From a virus, in IMG/VR virus record IMGVR_UViG_3300033990_000306, positions 24,475 through 88,474 of that record: a stretch of DNA of 64,000 nt. One strand, written 5' to 3'. A model generated the notes under the pieces. The model did no database searches. It was not told the DNA's origin and worked only from the letters and a program-made list of their open reading frames with translations. This document shows, piece after piece, positions 29,001 to 38,959 of this stretch. A program made the position numbers and the translations under genes. Each line of letters starts with the position of its first letter. Within the stretch, counting starts at the first letter, position 1.

Positions 29001-29720
29001 ATGAATAGTGAAGAAGAGGAAATAGCAGATAAAATTAATGAGAAGTTTAGAGAGGGAGTTAGAAAATGGATGGACGAAGAACAAGCTAAACGTGATAAAA
29101 GTATATTTCACGTTAGTAGTTTTGTTTATGGTTGTCTAAGGAAAGTTTGGTATGAAGAAAAGTATGCCGACAAAGTTCCTCCAGTTGATGATGAAGGAAT
29201 TTTAAGAATGTGGATAGGTACTAAGTTGCACGAAACACCGATAACAGAAATGCACGAAACTCCTGTATGGATAGATTTTCCAGTAAAAGATTTTGGTGGG
29301 AGGCTTGATGAGATTTTTGAAATTGACGGTAAGAAAATATTAGTAGACAAAAAATTTAGTAATAGTTTGCCGAAGAGTATGAATGACCATTATTATAAAC
29401 AGATTACATATTATGCCGCTATGCTTCTGTATTCTAAAAATATTTTGGTAGACGGAGTTGGAATACATTATATGAAACCAACTGTGAATTATAATGATAA
29501 AGAGCGGGAGAGAACTTTTGTTAAGTTGTTAACTAAAGAGGAAATTCTGGAAGTAGGAGAGGAAATAAAGAGAATGGTATATGAAGTAATGGAGGACTTA
29601 GAGAAAGATATTCTACCTCCGCCATATCATAGTTGGTATTGTCAGTATTGTCCTTTCTCTGTTTCTTGTTATGCAGAGACTAAAGACTATTTAGCTGATA
29701 CTGGAGAAGTTGTAGAATGA
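29001..29720 (+). CDS. Cas4-like PD-(D/E)XK nuclease
   Basis: HVSS...CLRKVWY, GTKLH, GRLD, VDKK, QITYYA, CQYCPFSVSC (four Fe-S cysteines). Confidence 0.85.
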   Translation: MNSEEEEIADKINEKFREGVRKWMDEEQAKRDKSIFHVSSFVYGCLRKVWYEEKYADKVPPVDDEGILRMWIGTKLHETPITEMHETPVWIDFPVKDFGGRLDEIFEIDGKKILVDKKFSNSLPKSMNDHYYKQITYYAAMLLYSKNILVDGVGIHYMKPTVNYNDKERERTFVKLLTKEEILEVGEEIKRMVYEVMEDLEKDILPPPYHSWYCQYCPFSVSCYAETKDYLADTGEVVE

Positions 29721-30541
29721 TAATAGTGGACATTTTTGAGACTACAAACAACCCAAAGACTAAAGACCAGATGGACGCAATAAAGTTGAATTACGAAATA
29801 AGACCATTAACTAAAGGCGGGGATTATTTAATTGAAGGGGAAATGGCTAAGGTGGTAATAGAGAGAAAAGAAATTAATGACTTATTTAGTAGTAACCACG
29901 AAGGAAGACTACCTAAGCAAATGAATAAGTTGGTTACTGAGTACCCAGACTATAAGAAGATATTGCTTATAGAGGGAAGTATTTCTACAGTTATTAGTAG
30001 GGCTGGTGCTAGGAGTGGAGTTAAGAAAGGAGGAGTAGTAGACTTTAGTAATAATTCTAAGAATTTATATGCTAGGTATTCTAGTGAGTTTGTTGGAATT
30101 GTTAATAGTATAATTACTACTAGTGATATAAATGTAATACAGGTGAGTAGTAAGTGGCAGACTATAACTTTACTAAAGAATTTAGACGCTTGGGTTTCTG
30201 GAGAGAAGCATACGAGGATGAGGAGTTCTGTAGCGAAGAAAGTTGATAGACCATTAGACAGAGAAGTAGAAGACTTATGGTTAACTATTCACGGAGTAGG
30301 TTGGCAAAGAGTGTGGAAAATAGTTAATGAATATCCTTCTTTACTTGACTTAGCAAAAGATATTATAGAGAGTAAGGACTCAACTATAAAAGAAAAGTTA
30401 GGAGAAAGTTTGGGTAGTCATATAATTGAAGTGTTTAAAAACAAAATAGACAATAGCAAAAAAGAGGTGGAGGAGAATGAAACTAAGAAAGCAAAAAAAG
30501 AAAGAAAGCCGAGAAGTAAACCAAGTAGTTCTTCCAAATGA
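29717..30541 (+). CDS. XPF/ERCC4 (Hef-like) structure-specific nuclease with HhH domain
   Basis: IIVD..E, GDYLI, IERKE.NDL, LLIEG, I.GVG. Confidence 0.85.
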   Translation: MIIVDIFETTNNPKTKDQMDAIKLNYEIRPLTKGGDYLIEGEMAKVVIERKEINDLFSSNHEGRLPKQMNKLVTEYPDYKKILLIEGSISTVISRAGARSGVKKGGVVDFSNNSKNLYARYSSEFVGIVNSIITTSDINVIQVSSKWQTITLLKNLDAWVSGEKHTRMRSSVAKKVDRPLDREVEDLWLTIHGVGWQRVWKIVNEYPSLLDLAKDIIESKDSTIKEKLGESLGSHIIEVFKNKIDNSKKEVEENETKKAKKERKPRSKPSSSSK

Positions 30542-30833
30542 TGAAGAAACTATAAGCAAGTTTATAGACGAGCCTATAATATGTCCTAAACACGCTATGG
30601 AAATAGAAAGTAAGTTAAAGGTAACTGACGAGGACACATTTCAGAAAGTAGTGGAAGTAACTTCTGATAAGTTTTTATTGTATATTGACGAAGAGGAATA
30701 TGACCGAATGTATGGTACAGGTAGGTGGAGTGCTTTTAAGAAAAATCTCAAAGCTAAAGGGAATTGTATATTTTGTCTTTTAGAGAATACTAGTTTGCTG
30801 GAAGATGTAGTTAAAGAAGTAAATGGTGAGTAG
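30477..30833 (+). CDS. hypothetical protein with CxxH/CxxC
   Basis: GGAGG RBS; ICPKH and CIFC. Confidence 0.5.
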   Translation: MKLRKQKKKESREVNQVVLPNDEETISKFIDEPIICPKHAMEIESKLKVTDEDTFQKVVEVTSDKFLLYIDEEEYDRMYGTGRWSAFKKNLKAKGNCIFCLLENTSLLEDVVKEVNGE

Positions 30834-30834
30834 A

Positions 30835-30990
30835 ATGTTATATTGTTCTAATTGTAGAGTAAAATTTCCTAGAGAGGAATTGCAGGAAATATATTGTTTT
30901 AAGCATAAGAGGAAAGAATTGTTTTGCGATATGTGTGCTATAGAAATAGAATTTAATGGAGGGGATGAACATAGTTTTGTGGGTGAATGA
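30835..30990 (+). CDS. small zinc-finger protein (51 aa, below ORF-track cutoff)
   Basis: MLYCSNC...FCDMC; GGTGAG RBS. Confidence 0.5.
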   Translation: MLYCSNCRVKFPREELQEIYCFKHKRKELFCDMCAIEIEFNGGDEHSFVGE

Positions 30991-31675
30991 CATTTCTCCT
31001 AGTACTCAGGGAGAAGGGAAGTATATGGGTACGAGTATAGTTATACTGAGAATGATGTTATGTAACTTAGAGTGTAGTGCTAGTAAAGGAGGGTTTGATT
31101 GTGATACTTATTACACGTGGGATAAGAATAGGTTAGCCGAAGGAAGAAAGTTAACTGTAGAAGAAACTGTTAATGAGGTTAATAAGTATATGTCTCCAGA
31201 AAGAAACACTATAATGCTTACAGGGGGAGAACCTCTTATATGGCAGAAGAATGAAGAGTTTGTTGAAGTTTTGAAGAAACTTAAAGAGTTAGGTTGGAAA
31301 ATACATTTAGAGACTAATGGTACTCAGAAGTTAGAAATACAAGAGTTAATGGACTTTATAGCTATTAGTCCAAAGCAAACTCAGTACAAGTCTTATTATA
31401 ATAATGAAATAGTGCAGAGTTATTTTACAGTACCACATATATGGAAATTTGTTATAAGGACTAGGGAAAATGTTACTGACGCAATAGAATTTCTACTTAT
31501 TCACAAAGTTCCAACTTCTGATGAAATTTTTCTTATGCCGGAAGGAGTTACTTCTGAGCAACTACTTTCCTCAATAAAGAAATTTATAAACCCTAACATA
31601 ATACTCTTTCCAAGAAATAAATATAATAACATATATATTTCTAACAGAAGGCAAATAACGGAGGGATTTAAATGA
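30956..31675 (+). CDS. queE: 7-carboxy-7-deazaguanine synthase (radical SAM)
   Basis: STQGEG.YMG, CNLEC-x8-CDT.YTW (expanded cysteine motif), LTGGEPL, LETNGT, ISPK, WKFVI, LMPEG. Confidence 0.9.
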   Translation: MEGMNIVLWVNDISPSTQGEGKYMGTSIVILRMMLCNLECSASKGGFDCDTYYTWDKNRLAEGRKLTVEETVNEVNKYMSPERNTIMLTGGEPLIWQKNEEFVEVLKKLKELGWKIHLETNGTQKLEIQELMDFIAISPKQTQYKSYYNNEIVQSYFTVPHIWKFVIRTRENVTDAIEFLLIHKVPTSDEIFLMPEGVTSEQLLSSIKKFINPNIILFPRNKYNNIYISNRRQITEGFK

Positions 31676-31896
31676 AGAGAAACAAAGTTAAGACAAAGGT
31701 GGATGGAGAGAAGCTTATATTGACAGGATTTTCAGAGAAGGAGTTAAATTATTTTAAGGAGAATAAAGTAGTTTTCTTCGAGCAAATGAATGATATTTTT
31801 GTGTTGTATATAAATGACAATACTACATTTGCTACTGACGATGAGACTTATAAGCCTAATGAAGACACGAAAGACCACTTAAATATGTATAGGTGA
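31672..31896 (+). CDS. hypothetical protein
   Basis: Overlaps the queE stop; GGAGGG RBS. Confidence 0.5.
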   Translation: MKRNKVKTKVDGEKLILTGFSEKELNYFKENKVVFFEQMNDIFVLYINDNTTFATDDETYKPNEDTKDHLNMYR

Positions 31897-31903
31897 AAAT
31901 TAG

Positions 31904-32467
31904 TTGGGCGACAAAGAGGTAGAGGAAGCTATAAGGAGTTTGATGAAAGTAATGGAGGAAAATTATAATTGGAAGTTTACAGAAGAAGAGTATAGAGAAA
32001 CTCCAGTAAGAGTTAAGGAAATGTATAAAGAGTGGTATGGTAATAACACTTATGAGAAAATGACTGCATTTGACCCTATAAATAAATTTGACTCACTAAT
32101 AAGTTTGTCAAATATATCATATGGAGCTATATGTAGTCATCACTTAATGCCTTTTACTGGTAAGGTTTCTATAGTATATTTGCCTAGTAATAAAATTCTT
32201 GGGGCTAGTAAGTTAGCCCGTTATGTTAATAAATTTGCTTATAGACCAACCACTCAGGAAATAATGACAGAGAGTATAGCAAAAGCTATAATGGAAGAAA
32301 CTTCTGCTAGGGCAGTTATGGTTTATAGTACTGGTACACATACTTGTATGACTATGAGAGGAGTTAAGAAGAATGAAGCTACGTTTAAAGTTTCTACAAT
32401 ATTAGGAGACTTTAAAGTATTTCCGAGTTTGAAAGAAGAAGCTTTTGAGTTGGCGGAGAAGGAATAA
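31904..32467 (+). CDS. folE: GTP cyclohydrolase I
   Basis: ETPVRV, CSHHLMPF.G, LGASKLAR, TQE, HTCMTMRGV. Confidence 0.93.
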   Translation: MGDKEVEEAIRSLMKVMEENYNWKFTEEEYRETPVRVKEMYKEWYGNNTYEKMTAFDPINKFDSLISLSNISYGAICSHHLMPFTGKVSIVYLPSNKILGASKLARYVNKFAYRPTTQEIMTESIAKAIMEETSARAVMVYSTGTHTCMTMRGVKKNEATFKVSTILGDFKVFPSLKEEAFELAEKE

Positions 32468-33402
32468 TGATATACGTAATTACTTTACCGAGTATAGAAA
32501 CTAGGTATACAGGACAATGGTATAAGTGGATGTGGAATTATGTTGATTCTACTAAAAGACAAGACATAAGAGTTATGGGAGACAATCTAGCTATTAAAAT
32601 TCCACCTACAGAATTTTTAGATTTTCGTCAGTATTATTTTAAAGTTTATCCTTTTTTAATGGCTACTATAAAAGTAATTAAGAGTGGAGATACAGTATTT
32701 TTTATGGACGGAGAAACTGCTGGAGTAGAAGCTTTTGAGTACATAAGGAAAATGGAAAATATAAAAGTGGACATAAGAACATTTTGGCATTCAGGGACTT
32801 ATGATAAGTATGACTTGACAGCCATAAGAGGAGTTCACGGAGAGAATTTTGAGAAAGGATGGTTTGATATAACTGACAAGATTTATGTTAGTAGTGATTT
32901 CCATAAGAGACTATTAGTGGAGTCTCGTGGGGTAGAGAAAGAGAAGATAATAGTGACGGGCAATCCTCTAGATTTGAATTTGTTTAGTGATGGTACTAAG
33001 ACAATAAAGACTAACAATGTTATGTATGCTGGGAGATTAGTACCTGAGAAAGGTTATGACATAGTAAAAGAATTAAGAAAAAAGAGAATTGATATTACAG
33101 TTAGCTTGGAAAATAAATGGGACAAGAAGAGATTTTATGAAGAGTTAGCGGCTAGTAAAGTATTGTTTTCTCCTTCGAAACAAGATATGTTTGCTACGGC
33201 TTGTATGGAAGCATTTGGGTCTAATGTTCCAGTATTAGTGCCTGACATAGAAAACTATAAAGAAATAGTTCCAGAAAGGTATAGGTATAAAAAGTTGGAA
33301 GATATTGACTGGAATAATTTAGAAAAATTGTCTACTGGCAATGAAAGGAAATTAGTAGAGAAATTTCAGTATGAAAAAGTAATGGAGGAATGGTTTAAAT
33401 GA
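32467..33402 (+). CDS. GT-B (GT4-like) glycosyltransferase
   Basis: IETRYTGQW N-terminus, YAGRLVPEKG, FSPSKQDMFATACMEAF...PVLVPD. Confidence 0.85.
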   Translation: MIYVITLPSIETRYTGQWYKWMWNYVDSTKRQDIRVMGDNLAIKIPPTEFLDFRQYYFKVYPFLMATIKVIKSGDTVFFMDGETAGVEAFEYIRKMENIKVDIRTFWHSGTYDKYDLTAIRGVHGENFEKGWFDITDKIYVSSDFHKRLLVESRGVEKEKIIVTGNPLDLNLFSDGTKTIKTNNVMYAGRLVPEKGYDIVKELRKKRIDITVSLENKWDKKRFYEELAASKVLFSPSKQDMFATACMEAFGSNVPVLVPDIENYKEIVPERYRYKKLEDIDWNNLEKLSTGNERKLVEKFQYEKVMEEWFK

Positions 33403-33737
33403 TAACATATGTGTATTGTACATTTCAGAAAGAAGGATTTCACAAATGGAATGGAGCTACAGAAATTCCAGAGGTTAGTTATTTAGCTAACAAGCATAGA
33501 CATATATTTCATTATAAGGTTGGGGTTTCAGTAGAGCATAATGATAGAGAAGTAGAGTTTATTATGTTAAAACACCAATTAGAAACTTTCGTTGATAAAT
33601 GGAATAAGGAAGATTATGGAAGTTGTGAAACTCAGGCTTCTAGAATTTATGGGTATTTAGTTTACAATTATAGTAATAGAAATTATTTTGTAGAAGTTTC
33701 AGAAGACGGAGAGAATGGAAGTATAATGTTAAGTTAA
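33399..33737 (+). CDS. dpdL: QueD-paralogue T-fold protein, DpdL-like (putative CDG decarboxylase)
   Basis: EGFH.W, LANKHRHIF (matches the LxxxHRHxF signature), HNDREVEFI, GSCE, VSEDGENG. Confidence 0.7.
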   Translation: MITYVYCTFQKEGFHKWNGATEIPEVSYLANKHRHIFHYKVGVSVEHNDREVEFIMLKHQLETFVDKWNKEDYGSCETQASRIYGYLVYNYSNRNYFVEVSEDGENGSIMLS

Positions 33738-33783
33738 TGTGAATACGAAGATATATTTATATAGCATTTAGTTATATGAAACT

Positions 33784-35346
33784 ATGACAGAAGTATATTT
33801 TAGCGGAATAGAAGGTTCATTAGACGAATTAAAAGTTATGTTCGAGAATGGTTATAAAATTAATAACCTAATGACTTCATTCGCTTCTTTTAGAAGGATT
33901 CCCAAATTCATTGAGGAATTAAAAGAAATGAAAGACAAATATAAGTTTAAGTTAATTGTTGATAGTGGGGCTCACGCATTTCTTTTTGCTCTTAATGTTA
34001 AGAATAAAAAAATTACTAAGGGTTGGCACGATGAGGCTCAAATAGTGAAAGAGTTTGAGGGGAGAGAGGAAGAATACTTTGAGGAGTATTTTAATTGGTT
34101 AGACACTCACAGAGATTATTATGACTATGCTGTAGAGTTAGACATAGCTACAGTAGTTGGAGAAGAGAAAGTGAGTGAATGGAGAAAGAAATTGGCGGAG
34201 TCTAAACTTCCTATTATTTATGTCTTACACGCAAATGCGGGGGATACTTTTAAGACTGTTGAGTATTTTAAAGAGTTGGGAGCTACTTATATAGGTATAG
34301 GAGCATTGCCAGAAGAGTTTAATAAAATGTTAATGTTTGCGAGAGAAATAAGAAAGAATGGAATGAGTGTTCATATTTTTGCTTTTACTCCTAAAGAGTT
34401 GTTTAAGTATAAGGACATATTGAGTAGCGTGGACTCTACTTCTTGGTTGAGTGGAAGTAAATTAGCTAAAGCTGTAGAATTAAAAGGTAAGAGTTTAGTA
34501 GACGTTAATTTGAAAGAAGACAAGTTAAAGAAAATGTCAATACTCAGAGACAAGTTTTTTGATATGTTTGGGAGAAAGAAGGTAGAAGAGAAAACAAAAG
34601 GTAATCAGTATTGGTATTTTAATTTCTGGAATTTGTCTCAATACCAGAAATGGGCAGACAAGAATAATGGAGTTAAAGGTTATACTAAACAGTTGCAGGA
34701 AATAGAAGAAGGAGTTTTACCAGCACCTAGTTGGATGAATAATTTTGACAAGAATGGAATGCCTAAAACAAAATATTTAGCTAGTAGGTTTAATAATTAC
34801 AGAAGTGGGGCGTTTGCTAAAGGAATACAAAGTATGGCTATGTTTTGTGATATGTGTCCAGTTGGAGGACAGAGTGCAACAGGAGAACCTTTATGTCCTA
34901 AGTATGGTGCAGGAGAGGTCTGTTTCTTCTTACCGTACTGGAAAAAGTTGGGAATGAATACTAGGAATAAGCAACAGGTAGTAAGGACTCTAGAAGACTT
35001 GGTAGCAGAAGCTATAGTGAGGTGGCAATTCGCTAGGTTTCAAGAACAGTTGACTGGTGTTATAGACAAGAACGTAACTGCCCTTTATAAAGAGTTAGTG
35101 AGTTCTTTGGAGTTATATAATAGAGTAGCCTTTGGAGTACAGAATGTTAATACTCTTAATATGCTTAATATAGGAGACAATAAAGTTCAGGTGAGTATGA
35201 ATTTTGATGATGCTCTTGAAAAGGTGAGAGAAGTTTATGGAGAGAAACTCTCTAAGAAGATAGAAAAGAAAATAACAGAAGCATACGAAAATAAGGGAGA
35301 GAATGAAGAAATTGACTTCACAGAGAATAAACACCCACAAGAATAA
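33784..35346 (+). CDS. dpdA: DpdA-like 7-deazaguanine DNA transglycosylase (TGT barrel) fused to a zinc-binding/helical C-terminal domain
   Basis: LIVDSGAHAF, AVELD, VHIFA, SVDSTSW TGT motifs in the first ~230 aa; Cx2Cx12Cx8C from residue ~355, then long helices. Confidence 0.75.
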   Translation: MTEVYFSGIEGSLDELKVMFENGYKINNLMTSFASFRRIPKFIEELKEMKDKYKFKLIVDSGAHAFLFALNVKNKKITKGWHDEAQIVKEFEGREEEYFEEYFNWLDTHRDYYDYAVELDIATVVGEEKVSEWRKKLAESKLPIIYVLHANAGDTFKTVEYFKELGATYIGIGALPEEFNKMLMFAREIRKNGMSVHIFAFTPKELFKYKDILSSVDSTSWLSGSKLAKAVELKGKSLVDVNLKEDKLKKMSILRDKFFDMFGRKKVEEKTKGNQYWYFNFWNLSQYQKWADKNNGVKGYTKQLQEIEEGVLPAPSWMNNFDKNGMPKTKYLASRFNNYRSGAFAKGIQSMAMFCDMCPVGGQSATGEPLCPKYGAGEVCFFLPYWKKLGMNTRNKQQVVRTLEDLVAEAIVRWQFARFQEQLTGVIDKNVTALYKELVSSLELYNRVAFGVQNVNTLNMLNIGDNKVQVSMNFDDALEKVREVYGEKLSKKIEKKITEAYENKGENEEIDFTENKHPQE

Positions 35347-35388
35347 GAATAAGTCGTCTAGCGATTTATAAATTTGAGGTGAATAATA

Positions 35389-36804
35389 ATGGCTGAAAGA
35401 ATAGACTATACAAATATATTTAAGTCCCCAACTTTGTTTGCTATGAAGGTTTTAAAGGTAATGCCGTTGAGACACCAAGCACAAATATTAGAAGACGAAA
35501 GTTCAAGAATATTAATAGTAAGTGGAAGACAGGCTGGCAAGTCTACTCTCTTAGCAATTAAAGCTTTATGGACAGCTTTTGTTAAACCTTCACAGGACAT
35601 ACTAATAGTAGCCCCAACACTAAGACAGAGCCGAGTAGTATACCAACGAATAACAGACTTTATACTTTCCTCAAAAGAAGTTAAAGCTCACATTTTAAAA
35701 AGTAATATGGAAGAAACTAGATTTGACAATGGGAGTTATATTCGTTGCTTAACAGCTTCAAAGACTGGAGAAACTATAAGAGGGTTTAGTGCTACTATGT
35801 TAATATTTGACGAAGCTGGGAGTATAGAGAATGATGAAGTGTTTTCAGCAGTAGAGCCTTCTTTGGCGGTTAAAGGAGAACAATTAATACTAAGCGGTAC
35901 ACCAAGAGGAAAGAGGGGTTACTTTTATAATAACTATGCAACCAATGACAAAACAAAGCGTTGGCAAATATATAAGTTTACTTCGAGAGTTAACCCAATA
36001 ATAACAGAAGACTACTTAAAAGAGGAAAGGGCTAATATGACTGAGAATAGGTACTTAGAGGAGTATGAAGCAGAGTTTATTGACGAAATAGGGCTGTTTT
36101 ATCCTCAAGAGTTAGTAGCCCAATGTTCAGAAGACTATACTTATACATTAGAGAGAGAGGAAGGTTATAAGTATTATTTGGGTGCAGACATAAGTAGAGC
36201 AGGTAGTGATGAGACTAGTATAGTTATTATTGCTGTACCTGACGACCCAATTAGAAAGATTAGAGTAGTTTGGGCGGAAGGATTAAAGTATAGTGATATA
36301 ACAGTATCCTCCAGAGAAATAATAAGGAAGGCTTTAGCTATAGGAGTAGAACAAGTGTTAGTTGATGCTATAGGAATAGGAGGGGGAGTATATGATATTA
36401 TTCAGAAAGAGTTGGGGAGTAGTAAGGTTACTGCCGTTACTCTTGAAGGAGAAAGAAGGGAGACTGCCTATACTAATTTAAAGATAATGCTGGAGAAGAG
36501 AAGGTTAATACTTAATGAGAATGACACTAAAATGTATCACCAGTTTAGTAGTTACTCTTTAAAAGAAAAAGTAGGAGGAGGAATAAGAATAGTAAAGAGT
36601 GAGGAAATACACGATGATATAGTTGACGGCTTAGTGTTGGCTTTGTATGGAGTAGAGAGTATTACTAAGTTTACAGTTTTTGAAGGAGTTAATTTAGACA
36701 ATGATTTCTTTAAGAATTGGGCAGAACAGAGTGCAATGCAGTCAGTTATAAAGTCTCCACTTAATTCGCCTTTCTATTATCCGTTAGACTATTTGGAGAA
36801 GTAA
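35389..36804 (+). CDS. terL: terminase large subunit
   Basis: SGRQAGKS Walker A, LIFDEAG Walker B, SGTP.G, EYEAEF, GADISRAGSDETS and HDDIVDGL nuclease motifs. Confidence 0.93.
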   Translation: MAERIDYTNIFKSPTLFAMKVLKVMPLRHQAQILEDESSRILIVSGRQAGKSTLLAIKALWTAFVKPSQDILIVAPTLRQSRVVYQRITDFILSSKEVKAHILKSNMEETRFDNGSYIRCLTASKTGETIRGFSATMLIFDEAGSIENDEVFSAVEPSLAVKGEQLILSGTPRGKRGYFYNNYATNDKTKRWQIYKFTSRVNPIITEDYLKEERANMTENRYLEEYEAEFIDEIGLFYPQELVAQCSEDYTYTLEREEGYKYYLGADISRAGSDETSIVIIAVPDDPIRKIRVVWAEGLKYSDITVSSREIIRKALAIGVEQVLVDAIGIGGGVYDIIQKELGSSKVTAVTLEGERRETAYTNLKIMLEKRRLILNENDTKMYHQFSSYSLKEKVGGGIRIVKSEEIHDDIVDGLVLALYGVESITKFTVFEGVNLDNDFFKNWAEQSAMQSVIKSPLNSPFYYPLDYLEK

Positions 36805-36851
36805 CAATAAATTTATATATAAATTTTATATAATGGGAATAAGGGAAGATT

Positions 36852-37745
36852 ATGGAAGAGAGTAGTAAATTAGAGAATTATAAGGTTGTAAAGAGAATAG
36901 AGAAGATAGAAGAGTTGTCTGGAGTTTATCTCAAAATGGCTCTCAATAAACATAAGACTGTTGGGGCTTTAAAGTTCAGAGAACAGACTGAGAGAGAGGC
37001 TTTGGAGGAAATAATAAGAGAGGTAAGAGTAATAGAGGACATTCTTGTGAATGATTTGGGCGAGAAGGTGATAGAATGAGTAGGGAGAAAAGAGTAAGAC
37101 TAATTGAGAAAACGTTTAAAGACAGAAGTAAAATAGTGTGGATGACAGTAGAGACTAATGAGAGGCTTAAGAAAATAAAGAAGGAATTACGTTTAGCCGC
37201 AATGGAGGATGTCCTTATTTATTTGTTAACATTGCAGGACGAGGTTAAGAAAGCTCAGGAAGAAAGAAAGTAAATGTGGTATAACTTGTATTTGAATGAT
37301 GGTACTCAGGTGAGGATTAATTTATTTTCGAGAAGAGACGGGAAATTCAGAGGAGTTGGAGTGGACGGAAAAGACTTAGTTATAAGTGAGAGTGACGTTC
37401 AGAATATAAAGTTGGCAGAAGGTAATAATGACTATTATGGTTACTCAACAACATTCGGAGGTGTAGAGGGAATTGGATATGGATAAGTATAGAGAGAAGG
37501 AAGAGTGGACTACAATAGGCGGGTATATATTAGGAGAGAAAATGCCAGTACTAATTTCTACTGGGGATATTGCGGTTACTATTACATTGCCGAAGTTGGG
37601 GTTAAGTGGAAGAGGAATTAGTTATAGAGAAGCATACTGGAGACTGTTGTATGAGTTTGAGAGGGCTTTAAAAGAGCCTAAAGAGTTTGATGATATTGAA
37701 TGGAAGAGGTTGAGGGTTATTAATAGGTTAAAGGAGGAAAAATAA
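36852..37745 (+). other. run of four small genes (36852, 37076 RHH-like, 37274, 37473 HicB-like fold)
   Basis: Translationally coupled ORFs after a TATA box near 36811. 37076 has a V..ET.ERL...K.....MEDV...LL pattern; 37473 has LP.LG....G....EA. Confidence 0.45.
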
Positions 37746-37746
37746 T

Positions 37747-38448
37747 ATGAGTAATTTGTTGGAGAAAGCTAAGGAGCTTAAAATAGACAAACCACCAGAA
37801 GAAAGTCCAAAGGAGAGTATAATAAAAGAGCCTAAGTTGAAGCCAGAAACGTCTAAAGAAAAATTTAGAAAGTATAGTCCGCCTTCTACTACGTGGTATA
37901 CTCAATGGAGTTATACTTCGGGAAATGATTATACAACTACAGTTACAGTACCAGCAACTTCTTGGACTATTAGCCCTATAAGTACAACCATAACATATGT
38001 AAACACTTCGGTTTGGAGTATATAGAGTAATAGTATGAGTACACTACTGAGTAAGGCGAATGAAATTAAAATAGAAAGGGTGCCCGAAACTGGAGTTGTT
38101 TTTAACTCTAGTGAAACAATGTTAATAACTCAAACCTATTTTGACTTGGCGGTTAATAAGTTTGGGAAAACATTTAAGCCCAATATTCTAGTAACAATAA
38201 GTACTACTAGTTGTAGTTAAAGTATTATTTAAATTTGAGGGGAGAGTATGAGTACATTAATGGACAAGGCTAAGGAGATTAATATAGAGAAGTCACCAGA
38301 GGAAGAAGAGGAGTATAGTGTTGAGAAGGAGACACAACTTTTAGCCCAAATAAATGAAGAAGACCCGATGAAGTTGGTTGCTATAACTGTTACTTCTTTG
38401 GCGGTAATATTTATTCTTTTGCTTCTTTATCTTTGGCCTTATTTATGA
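37747..38448 (+). other. three small genes (37747, 38035, 38248) sharing an N-terminal MS(N/T)L(L/M).KA.E..I peptide; the last has a C-terminal TM helix
   Basis: Direct comparison of the translated N-termini. Confidence 0.65.
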
Positions 38449-38717
38449 GTTCTTTAGGCGTGAGTATGAAGGGGACTAATAGTAAAGAGTATAGTGTGAA
38501 GACGAAGATTGGCGGGGTATTAATTTTTGTGGGGAAGAGGAGAGTAATATAATAAGGAGAAAGGAGTATTAAAGCAATAAAGTATTATAATATTATAGCT
38601 AAAAACTACATTCACCGCAGGTGGCTGTTGAGGTATAATTGTCTTAGTATAAAAGTGAAAATATTTCTGCCCGTGTATAATTTTTATAAAACTATTTAAA
38701 CTTTTCCTATAAATTTA

Positions 38718-38959
38718 AACTACAAAATATTTATATACTACTTAGGTCAAACTATATAAACTTTTTTTAATTTTAATTACTACAAAAACTTTTTATAAAA
38801 TTAGAGAATTAGGGATTATCGACTCTATGTAACCATAGGGGGAGCAGGGGGGAGTGGAAAAAGAAAAACACTATATAAAGAAAAATTTGCGACCAGAACT
38901 ACAAAACATTTATATAAAATTAACGAATTAGGAATTACAGACCCTATAGAAAAATAGGG
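38718..38959 (+). promoter_or_regulatory. three copies of ACTACAAA-N3-TTT(A/T)TATA promoter-like element, two within a 62-bp imperfect direct repeat
   Basis: Copies at about 38719, 38779 and 38898; 38779-38840 aligns with 38898-38959. Confidence 0.7.

Noticed and set aside
29001-29720. Cas4 as evidence of a CRISPR-Cas locus
   Set aside because: No cas1/cas2 and no repeat-spacer array seen; solo Cas4-like nucleases are common in archaeal virus replication modules.
33784-35346. tRNA-guanine transglycosylase (archaeosine/queuosine tRNA pathway)
   Set aside because: It lacks the CxCxxC...H zinc site and PUA domain of tRNA TGTs, no tRNA genes were seen, and the viral context with folE/queE/terL fits DNA-acting DpdA.
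12087-36804. Inteins or introns in RNR, PolB or TerL
   Set aside because: Lengths are normal, catalytic motifs are contiguous, and no C...HN splice junctions were seen.
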